Shown: piece after piece, positions 42,800 to 50,990 of the stretch | Layout: each line of letters opens with the position of its first letter | How positions within the stretch are numbered: position 1 is the first letter of the stretch | DNA from: Candidatus Eiseniibacteriota bacterium | GTDB lineage: Bacteria; Arandabacterota; Arandabacteria; Arandabacterales; Arandabacteraceae | Assembly (NCBI GenBank): GCA_043810925.1 | Contig: JBDRNT010000161.1 | Location: 64,001 to 128,000, forward strand | Reading direction: 5' to 3' | DNA length: 64,000 nucleotides | Program-made: the position numbers and the translations under genes | Notes under the pieces: generated by a model | What the model saw: the letters and a program-made list of their open reading frames with translations, nothing else | What the model was told of the DNA's origin: nothing | The model's database searches: none

Positions 42800-45382
42800 T
42801 CACCTGAACATTGCCTTGATGCCACCCCAGGTCGTGGGCTCGACCCGGGTGGGCACGCAGGGATCATCCCCAACGGCCCCGGCTAGCCCGGCACAGAAGC
42901 TGTACGACGGAGAGCCCGCCCCACCGCTACAATCCCCTATCGTTATGCTGCCTGTTTGAGGATGCCCGACGATGTAAACCAGACAGGGACTGTCCACGGT
43001 AAGCCATGCCCAGCCCGGGACAGCCACCGGCCCCGGCTGGCATCCGGTCCATGCATGGGATACTCCATCATTTGGATACGTTATGCCACCTATTGTGAGA
43101 TCGCTACAACTTGTGAAAACACAACTGGACTGGCCCGACCAGGTAACCCCATACTCAAACCCCTGATACTCCATGAGATCGAAGAACACGGGAAACACAT
43201 CGGCGTCACCGGAATCTGTCATATAGGTTATGTCCGTGCAGATCTGAATTGCGGGAAAACTTTTTGAACACGATCTTGACGCGTGGGGTTCCACATGAAC
43301 CGCAACCTTCCCATTGGGGTTCGCATGCCCACCGCAGACCGCAGTGTATCGAGTTACGCTCTTTGTACCGGTTTCGTCGCAGGTTATCTCACAGGTATTG
43401 CCTATCGTAGACCAAGAAGGCGTGTTCGGCTTGACCCTCGCAGTCAACCTCACACTCCCGCCCGCCCCACCGGGCAACGCGCCGATTCCCCAGGTGACCG
43501 TACGGGCCCCTGCGTTGTATACACCGCCTCCCGTCGCAGATATGAAATCGGTTTGTGCCGGAACATGGTCGACAATGTTCACATTGTGCACCTCAGAGGT
43601 GTTGGCTGAATTGTTGTAGGAGATAGTGTACATGACACTCTGTCCGGCGACGACGCAAGAACCTCCAAATGGATCGGTCTTGCTCAGGCCGAGTGGTGCA
43701 AAACTGCCTTGACAGACCCCAACACTGTCACGGGCTACCGTAACCGGTGTTTCATCACAGGTTATCCGGCAGGTGTTCACCAGTATCTCGCCCGGCGAAG
43801 CATCTGAACCCACCGCCACCGTCAACTCAACGGAATCGACGAGCCCGCCGGACACTGTGCCGAGATCCCAGACAACGCTGTGGCTGCCGGCCTGGTGTGT
43901 TCCGCCGTGTGAGCATGATACGTAATCCATGTGCGAGGGAACCTCGTCGGTCAGAGTAGCGTTATGGACTTCGGACATGTTCGGGGTGTTATCGTAGATG
44001 ATGGTGTAGGTGATACTGTCCCCGGAATCCAGACAGAAGCCATCGAGTCCATCACTCTTTGAGAGAATCAACGGGGCGAATCCCGCCGGACAAACATCGG
44101 CGTATTCGGTTACCTCGGTTGGAGGGGCTTCATCGCTTGTGATCTCACAGGTGTTGACCAGCACCATCCCGGGTGTTGTCGCGGGGGGGACATGCACCAA
44201 GACACCTACGGCGCCCCCGCCACCAGCAGGAAGCGTACCTATGCCCCAGGCTATCGTGTGGCCGCCGGGATCGTATATACCGCCGTGTGTCGAGGAGACA
44301 AACTCAGTCTCAGGAGGCAGGACGTCGGTTATGGCGACGTTGTGTACGTCGGCTTCGTTCGAAGTATTATCGTAGTCTATCACATAGGCGATGTTCATAC
44401 CTGCGTCTACGCACCCGCCACCGAGCCCATCGCCCTTACTGAGGTTGAGCGGCGCAAATTCAGGACAGACATCTGTATATTCGGTCACCTCAGTTGAAGG
44501 TGTCTCGCCGCTTGTGATCTCACAGATGTTGGCCAACGTGGTCGCGGGCGCAGTGCTCTCATCCACAGACACCGTAATTTCAAACACTCCTGAACCTCCG
44601 GCCGGGACTGTTCCGACATTCCAGGTGACAGTGTGCGTTCCCGGATCATAGTCACCACCACCTGATGCCGACACGAGCTCTACCTCCGGTGGCAGGCGAT
44701 CAGTGACAATCGTATTGTGCACGTCCCAACTGTTAGGCGAGTTGTCATAGGACAGGGTGTAATTGATACTGTCACCAGGTAACACGCAGTATCCCCCAAG
44801 ACCGTCTGTCTTATCGAGATCAAGCGCCACGAAGACCGGGTCGCATGGCATATCGCCGGTCTCGCCACACACACCCGCACAATAAACTGCAGCCGCCTCG
44901 TCAAGGCCGCCGGTGCAATCTCCAACGTTGATCCCACCTGCCCCCGGATGTGCGATTATGCACACCGAACCGTGGCTAAATCCCCCGATCCATCCCCAAC
45001 CCATCACAACCACAGGACCCATCTGGCAGGTGCTCCAAGCATGCGAGATTCCGTCGCCCGGATTCACGATGTCGCCGATCTTAAGATCGCTGCAGCTTGT
45101 GAAACTGCAACTCTCATACCCGGGCCACACGATGCCGTATTCGATCCCCTGGTACTCGACAAGATCAAAGAAGACCGGAAAGATATCTATCTCATCACAT
45201 CCCGCGTACGTGGTCACGATATGTCCGCAGCCGGGGATCTCCGGGAAGTTTCCGCTGCAGGTTCGCCCCGCGTCGTGCGGAAGCACATGAACAGCCGTCT
45301 TGACAGTCGGATTCTGGCCTGCAGAGCCAGGCAATGCCAGTATCAGCGCAAGGCCGACGGTCGCCGCCAGCAGCCTGAACAT
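42800..45382 (-). CDS. Secreted protein: Cys-rich domain, four DUF11-like Ig repeats, second Cys-rich domain, TWGxIK tail
   Basis: Signal peptide MFRLLAAT...; 4x L.L.K.D...Y.I.Y.N...VHN..I.D..P...GG.Y....V.W; ends EPTTWGGIKAMFR. Confidence 0.88.
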   Translation of the reverse strand: MFRLLAATVGLALILALPGSAGQNPTVKTAVHVLPHDAGRTCSGNFPEIPGCGHIVTTYAGCDEIDIFPVFFDLVEYQGIEYGIVWPGYESCSFTSCSDLKIGDIVNPGDGISHAWSTCQMGPVVVMGWGWIGGFSHGSVCIIAHPGAGGINVGDCTGGLDEAAAVYCAGVCGETGDMPCDPVFVALDLDKTDGLGGYCVLPGDSINYTLSYDNSPNSWDVHNTIVTDRLPPEVELVSASGGGDYDPGTHTVTWNVGTVPAGGSGVFEITVSVDESTAPATTLANICEITSGETPSTEVTEYTDVCPEFAPLNLSKGDGLGGGCVDAGMNIAYVIDYDNTSNEADVHNVAITDVLPPETEFVSSTHGGIYDPGGHTIAWGIGTLPAGGGGAVGVLVHVPPATTPGMVLVNTCEITSDEAPPTEVTEYADVCPAGFAPLILSKSDGLDGFCLDSGDSITYTIIYDNTPNMSEVHNATLTDEVPSHMDYVSCSHGGTHQAGSHSVVWDLGTVSGGLVDSVELTVAVGSDASPGEILVNTCRITCDETPVTVARDSVGVCQGSFAPLGLSKTDPFGGSCVVAGQSVMYTISYNNSANTSEVHNVNIVDHVPAQTDFISATGGGVYNAGARTVTWGIGALPGGAGGSVRLTARVKPNTPSWSTIGNTCEITCDETGTKSVTRYTAVCGGHANPNGKVAVHVEPHASRSCSKSFPAIQICTDITYMTDSGDADVFPVFFDLMEYQGFEYGVTWSGQSSCVFTSCSDLTIGGITYPNDGVSHAWTGCQPGPVAVPGWAWLTVDSPCLVYIVGHPQTGSITIGDCSGGAGSPSYSFCAGLAGAVGDDPCVPTRVEPTTWGGIKAMFR

Positions 45383-45451
45383 GCTAGCTACACCTCTCGC
45401 AGTACATAGAAGGAATCCCATGTGACTCGCCCTCGCTCTCGATCCGTGCGG

Positions 45452-45480
45452 ATTATAGCATACCGTGAGGGCTTCATCAA
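45452..45480 (-). promoter_or_regulatory. sigma70-type promoter
   Basis: TTGATG-N17-TATAAT with extended -10 TG. Confidence 0.65.
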
Positions 45481-45540
45481 GAACTTCCCAGATCAATTGC
45501 AGGAGAAGTCGATGCCGGTGTCGCAGAATCGCAGTTGGAT

Positions 45541-45565
45541 CGTCGGGGGTGGAGCCCCGCGCTAC
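45541..45565 (-). repeat. REP-like GTAG-type palindrome
   Basis: GTAGCGCGGGGCTCCACCCCCGACG, similar to 39628-39653. Confidence 0.55.
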
Positions 45566-47865
45566 ATCTCTTTCAGGAATACCTCACTGAGGAAACTGCA
45601 GACATCTCTATAGAGCGTGCGTGCCAGGGCGGGTGGTTTCCCTTTCTGAAGAACGGCGCCAAGTACGTACTCAGAGTAGCGGAATGAATCGACGGCAACA
45701 GCTACAACACCTGCTTCTACACTTGTTGCAGCGACAGCCGTATTTCCGCTGCCGTCCACTTTGATCACCCGTCCTCCGTGGATTCGAAGTCTGGCGGAAG
45801 CGTCGGGGATGGCGGTATCCCTCAGATCAGAGTCGACATATACCATCATTCCGAACTGCCCGAGCACCTCATTTGCAGTCGATCGCTCATTCAACACACT
45901 GTCGAGAACAAGAAGCCTTCCACCGTTCCTTACATATGTAGTGAGGCAATCCAGCTCCTCTTCACTGAACTCGCTGCATGGCTCAGTCAGGACAGCACCG
46001 CGTGGAACGATGTGGTTGATATCAGCAACATCACCTGTTGTCGGATACATACCGATCCTCTGGGCACAGAGGTAGAACTGCTCGAAGCCCCGGTGACCCC
46101 GCTGCCGGGCGAGGCCGAGATAGTCAAAGAGCGTCGCATTGGTGTGGCCGGTGTCAAAGAAGAGCGTTGGTGAAGCGGCTGCTTCAGGGAGCGGCCCGTG
46201 AAGCCTCCCGTTAAGATGACCTACGGCGGCGGTTCCGACTACGAGACCCACACACGCTCCTGCGCAAAGCAGACCGAACCCGCCCGGCACTCGCTTCAAA
46301 CTCCAGAGTGACAGCGCGCTGAGGATTCCGAAAGCCGTCAGGATGACGGGACGCACCCAGGGGTACCTTGTACCCTCACGATTGAGATAGTCCATGAAAC
46401 CCAGGATCAGCTCGCGTCTGCCCGGTGCGAAAACGCAGAAGTTGGAAAAGCATGTGCTGTCTGTAAATAGGAGGACCCGGCCACGACCGAAACGTCTTGA
46501 ACACGCTTGAAGGAATAGGCCGAACCGGTCGCGCAGATCATAAGCAATGTTGCCGAAGAAGTTGGGATGTCCGTAGTCAACATCCTCGCTCCCAAGTCCG
46601 CAACCTATCATAACCGGCTCGGTATGGAGATCCCCCACGACCGTGCAGGATGTAAGAAACTCAAACTCATCCAGTCCACGGAGCGATGGATGGAAAACTG
46701 CACGCGGGCGCTTGAAAGTCGAGAACCCGGTCGTAGCAAGTTCGAAACTGTCGTCATAGCGAAATTCCATCCCGAAGCGCTGTCCTATGGGATTTAAGAA
46801 ATCTGTCATACCGAAGAGATTCGTGTGATCTCCGATCAGGAGAAGACCTCCGCCCGCCCGGACGAATTCGGCGATTGTCTCCACCTCTTCATCTGTGAAT
46901 GGCTCTGTCGGTGTCTTGATGACGAGCACGTCAACACTATCAAGCAGCGACTGTGAGATCCCGCCCGTATCGCTATCGACATCGTAGAAATGAGACAGGT
47001 AGTCCACGAGGCAGTAGTAGTTGTACTCAGCCCTGATCCCAAGTGATGTCGTATCAAACGGTGTCGCGGTCCATTCCCAGTTCGAGTGGGCTTCATCCAC
47101 CACGACCCGTCCTTGCTTTGCATTGCCCGGATCGGCATAGCCAAGCACACTGGCGAGGCAACTTCCGGCGAGCGTGGCGGTCAGCACGGACATCACCACG
47201 TGTCTCCAGCCACCCTGAAGCAAGCGTGGGATTTCGAGACGATCCGGAGGACGCAACACTAGAGCAAGTGGCAGCCAGGACATGACCGAAACAGCAGGAT
47301 CCCACAGAAGACCCACCCTGCCCCACTCTATGGCGATTGCGACAAGGACGACAAACCGCATGACCGAGTAGAGCAGGATGATACCCAGGTTTGCGGGTAG
47401 TCGACGAGCACTGCGGGAGGATCGCGAAAGCACAGTCAAAGCAATAAGTGCGATCACTATGTACCAGATCTCATAAAGCCCGAAACCCTCGAACGTGAGT
47501 CTCACCGTCTCAAGACCCCTGCCGGTCCAGAAGGTAAGAAGACTTTCTGTTGAACCTGCCCCCGGGACGAGATTAGCCGCGACCGGGCCCAGCGCCTGCG
47601 AAACCGGTATATCGTGCAGACGCCATGCGATTTGTCTGAGCGTGAGGGTAGATGCCCCGCACATGGCGACGACAATGACAGCGACGGGTAGAGATCGACG
47701 CAACCGCCTTACGGCGGTTATAAAGAGGGCCGCCGCGCAGACGACGAGCACGGCGGCGAGTCCGATCATCGGAGGAGTCACAAGGTGTTCACCCACCCGC
47801 CATCCCAGCCCTACGAGGACGACAAAAAGCGAAATCCTAATACCCGGAAACGATCTCATGTTCAT
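45562..47865 (-). CDS. Polytopic membrane protein with two DUF4350/GIFT(GldG/IFT52)-like domains
   Basis: ~7 TM, then VVVDEAH...FVRAGGGLLLIGDHT...GRVLLFTDS; 2 TM; second domain LFFDTGH...YVRNGGRLLVLD. Confidence 0.75.
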   Translation of the reverse strand: MNMRSFPGIRISLFVVLVGLGWRVGEHLVTPPMIGLAAVLVVCAAALFITAVRRLRRSLPVAVIVVAMCGASTLTLRQIAWRLHDIPVSQALGPVAANLVPGAGSTESLLTFWTGRGLETVRLTFEGFGLYEIWYIVIALIALTVLSRSSRSARRLPANLGIILLYSVMRFVVLVAIAIEWGRVGLLWDPAVSVMSWLPLALVLRPPDRLEIPRLLQGGWRHVVMSVLTATLAGSCLASVLGYADPGNAKQGRVVVDEAHSNWEWTATPFDTTSLGIRAEYNYYCLVDYLSHFYDVDSDTGGISQSLLDSVDVLVIKTPTEPFTDEEVETIAEFVRAGGGLLLIGDHTNLFGMTDFLNPIGQRFGMEFRYDDSFELATTGFSTFKRPRAVFHPSLRGLDEFEFLTSCTVVGDLHTEPVMIGCGLGSEDVDYGHPNFFGNIAYDLRDRFGLFLQACSRRFGRGRVLLFTDSTCFSNFCVFAPGRRELILGFMDYLNREGTRYPWVRPVILTAFGILSALSLWSLKRVPGGFGLLCAGACVGLVVGTAAVGHLNGRLHGPLPEAAASPTLFFDTGHTNATLFDYLGLARQRGHRGFEQFYLCAQRIGMYPTTGDVADINHIVPRGAVLTEPCSEFSEEELDCLTTYVRNGGRLLVLDSVLNERSTANEVLGQFGMMVYVDSDLRDTAIPDASARLRIHGGRVIKVDGSGNTAVAATSVEAGVVAVAVDSFRYSEYVLGAVLQKGKPPALARTLYRDVCSFLSEVFLKEM

Positions 47866-50086
47866 GCCTGTCTCTTAAGTTTCCCACCAGATCGAGAACA
47901 AAGCGGGTATTTTCCGGAGTGCCCTTAAACTCGCTCTCAAGGCTTTCATCCAGAAACAGTTTTCCGTCACCTATGACGGTGACGGTGCCAAGACCCATCT
48001 CCATCTTCACAATTGTCGGGTAACCAAGAGTTGTTGCGAGTACTGAGGTATCAGCCTCACCGCCGTATGACACCCACCAGGCGTCTTTGTGTCTGACGCG
48101 TGAACCCGCGTCACCGCCACCCAGTGGGACGGGTTCTACCGAAAAACCCAGGTCGGATAACAGGCCGGGACAATGCCCGGGTGATCGATACCCCTGGCAG
48201 ATAATCAGATTCCCACCATCGCTTGTGTAGTCGAGTAGCCATGACGTCTCCCGGTGGGACGGATTCCGCGTCGGGTTCACAATAAAGAGGTAAGCTGCAT
48301 TCCGGGTCCACTCATTGCTTGTGAGGCTCGGAGCCGCCGAGACCCCGGCCCGTGCGAGACAGTTTGCCAGTCCACCGAGTGAGGTTGCTGAAAAGAGTTC
48401 GAGTCTTGCCTCGGGCCTGAGTGAAAAATCGATTACCGCCTTATCATAGTCGAAACCCCCGTACGGAGCTTCGGAAACGCCGGGGCCAATCCGCTGTTCG
48501 CCCCCGGCAAGCCACGCGATCGTTTCCTCGACCAGATTACGTGATAAGAACAGAGCGACATTCTGAAAGGGCGAGGTGTCCCCGAACGTGACAACTCGAC
48601 CCTTGCCTATCGACTGGCCGGCCACGAGCACCAGATCTCCGACACGCTCTGTTGCCTCGTGCCGGCCGTTTCCCATGTGAGCACCCATCCCCGCATTCGA
48701 GTAATCGCCGGCATCGGAGAAACCATACCGCCCCACAACAAGCGGGAATGCTGGCTCTTCGATCTCAAGCGATGCGCCGACTGCCGTCTGGAGCATGACA
48801 GCATCGTGGGCGCCGCGCGTAGTCTCGTGTGCCCTTGTCTTGAGGCAACCATGCCAGTGCTTGCGCAGTGGTACCGCTGAATCGAAGTTGAATCGTATCC
48901 CCGTAAAGGAGAGCAGCGTGTTCAAGGGGTCCCTTGAACCGCCGATGTCGGTGTGATCTCCCAGAACAAGGAGTCCGCCGCCTGAGGTGACGAAATCTCC
49001 AAGTGCCGATACCTCCCCGTCTGTCAGGCTGGTTGTCGGGTTAATGAACGTGATCACACCGACGCGGCTCAGATCATGACCACCAAGGGAGTCAATCAGG
49101 ATCACCTCACCACCGGTTTCCCGTACACGGCGCTCAAGCGATTCTCTGAAGAGTCCGAACATGCCCGAGCTCACAAGCCCCAGTTTCTCGTTATCCGGTA
49201 GTCTCCAGTCTAGCATTCCCCTTGAGTAGAGGGCGAAGGATGGTCTCGACGGACAAGCCCCGGTCGGGCTGGCTGGGATATCGGCCGGACGTAAGCCGAA
49301 CGCGAGGATCGCGACTGTCGATGCTCCGGTAAGCCACAGGTGCTTTAACATACACCGCCGCTCCGGTCTCGTGGCGCTCCCGAGTTCCACGCTCGCGACC
49401 ACCGCCGAAACAAAGGCCACCGAAGCCAGCTGATGAATCGAAATGTGGTGCGCCCCGATGGATTCCAGCATCGACAGTACTACCTTCCCGACCGGGTAAC
49501 CTGCACATAGAATCAGAAGGCCTGTGACGACCCGGTGCCGGTGAGCCCCTGTGATCGATGTTACGGCTAAAACGAGACCCCCCAGCACATAGACCGGAAG
49601 ACTTGAGGCCCATACACCTATAGATGTCTTCGAGACATCGGTGAAATTGCAGGCGCTCCGGGTTATGTACCAGAGCCGGGGGCTTTGCTCGTACCAGGTA
49701 AGAAGACCCGCGAAGGCCAGAGTCGCAAGATGGAAACGGAGCCAGCGCGATCCCGGGTCTGAGCCGCACCCTGCTGCCGGGCAACACTCCACGAGATGGA
49801 TCAGGGCAAACAGCCATGAAAGTCCCAGCAGGCGGTGTGCGCCCGAGTCAAGTCTGAAGATTGTGTGTGCTGCTACGGCAAGCAGGGCAACAGCTACCGG
49901 CCTGACGAACCTCTTCCCGTTCCCGGGATGAGGCAGGCTCGTGACAATTGCCAGACACGCAAGAAAACCCAGGAGCGACCCGCACCAGTCTGACAAGATA
50001 AGGATGGACCCCGAAGCGAGCATCACAGCTGCAATGGCCAGGAAGTTCTGGATCCAGCCCGGAAAGTTTCTCGACACCGGTGTCAC
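47837..50086 (-). CDS. Polytopic membrane protein with two DUF4350/GIFT-like domains (paralog of neighbour)
   Basis: ~9 TM, then FVTSGGGLLVLGDHT...GRVVTFGDTSPFQN; second domain YTSDGGNLII...GTVTVIGD. Confidence 0.75.
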   Translation of the reverse strand: MTPVSRNFPGWIQNFLAIAAVMLASGSILILSDWCGSLLGFLACLAIVTSLPHPGNGKRFVRPVAVALLAVAAHTIFRLDSGAHRLLGLSWLFALIHLVECCPAAGCGSDPGSRWLRFHLATLAFAGLLTWYEQSPRLWYITRSACNFTDVSKTSIGVWASSLPVYVLGGLVLAVTSITGAHRHRVVTGLLILCAGYPVGKVVLSMLESIGAHHISIHQLASVAFVSAVVASVELGSATRPERRCMLKHLWLTGASTVAILAFGLRPADIPASPTGACPSRPSFALYSRGMLDWRLPDNEKLGLVSSGMFGLFRESLERRVRETGGEVILIDSLGGHDLSRVGVITFINPTTSLTDGEVSALGDFVTSGGGLLVLGDHTDIGGSRDPLNTLLSFTGIRFNFDSAVPLRKHWHGCLKTRAHETTRGAHDAVMLQTAVGASLEIEEPAFPLVVGRYGFSDAGDYSNAGMGAHMGNGRHEATERVGDLVLVAGQSIGKGRVVTFGDTSPFQNVALFLSRNLVEETIAWLAGGEQRIGPGVSEAPYGGFDYDKAVIDFSLRPEARLELFSATSLGGLANCLARAGVSAAPSLTSNEWTRNAAYLFIVNPTRNPSHRETSWLLDYTSDGGNLIICQGYRSPGHCPGLLSDLGFSVEPVPLGGGDAGSRVRHKDAWWVSYGGEADTSVLATTLGYPTIVKMEMGLGTVTVIGDGKLFLDESLESEFKGTPENTRFVLDLVGNLRDRHEHEIVSGY

Positions 50087-50091
50087 TCTTC

Positions 50092-50403
50092 TTACACCTC
50101 ATCCCGGGGATCGCATTGCTTCTGCCGTTGCACGGTGCGGATCATCCGGACCTGACTCACGAACCAGTAGATGAGCGACGCCGGCGCCAAGAGCAACCAT
50201 AACCGGTACTCCAACTGGGTCTTCACCTTAAACACCACGAGACCTGCGGCCACTGCAAGTAGCAGGGTGAGTGTTGCTGTGGTGGGACTAACAGCTCTTG
50301 TGCGCTCTCCCCTTGAGCGCCTCCAGGCCATCAAGGATCCCAGGATGCCGCCCGCTACGCCCGTGCCTATTCCGATTATGATCCACAGCGAGTCTGGATT
50401 CAT
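50092..50403 (-). CDS. Small 3-TM membrane protein
   Basis: Three hydrophobic helices, GGAGG SD, tight operon spacing. Confidence 0.7.
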   Translation of the reverse strand: MNPDSLWIIIGIGTGVAGGILGSLMAWRRSRGERTRAVSPTTATLTLLLAVAAGLVVFKVKTQLEYRLWLLLAPASLIYWFVSQVRMIRTVQRQKQCDPRDEV

Positions 50404-50434
50404 GCCGTCCACCTCCCAGCATGCATGAGGTACC

Positions 50435-50917
50435 CTACATCTCCGGGCAGTAACAAAGTGTGTAGCTTAAGCCCCCGGGACCGGGGTCACTCGGGTTTGT
50501 CGGATCGCCACCGATGCCGCAGGCTCTTTCACAAAGTGTGGCCCCGTAGCAGGCCGACCCCGCGCAGACACTCGCGACGCAAGCACTACCTGCGCACAGA
50601 CTCGATGCGCAGGCGCTGCCGACGCACGTACTGCCCACACAACCGCTGCCCACACAACCGCTCCCGAAACAGAGACTTCCAATGCAGTAGCTCCCCACAC
50701 AGAGGCTCCCCAGGCAGTAACTGACTGGACTGAGACTGCACGGCCACCAGTTCGGATCCTCCTCCCCGGGACCATGGGGCACAGCACCAGTCTCCCAGTC
50801 GGCTAATGTCTCATCCAGTCTTGCATGAAAGAGTGGGCTGACCGGTTTGCCGGCAAGCGCCGGCAGAGAGATCGTAACGACCAGGCAGCACACAAGCAGG
50901 ACCGTGATTCGCATCAT
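50435..50917 (-). CDS. Secreted Cys/Ser-rich pentapeptide-repeat protein, (C-x-G-S-x)12
   Basis: Signal peptide ending ALA; 12 tandem pentamers at 50537-50716; GGAGG SD. Confidence 0.85.
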   Translation of the reverse strand: MMRITVLLVCCLVVTISLPALAGKPVSPLFHARLDETLADWETGAVPHGPGEEDPNWWPCSLSPVSYCLGSLCVGSYCIGSLCFGSGCVGSGCVGSTCVGSACASSLCAGSACVASVCAGSACYGATLCERACGIGGDPTNPSDPGPGGLSYTLCYCPEM

Positions 50918-50990
50918 CACAACCACCTCCCCACATCTTCACGTTCCCTATGTCCGTCTCACAGCTCTACCACTGGGGATGTTATTGCAA

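Noticed and set aside
50537-50716. CRISPR-like or VNTR array
   Set aside because: The 15-nt period is a coding pentapeptide repeat; there is no repeat-spacer structure and no cas gene in the window.
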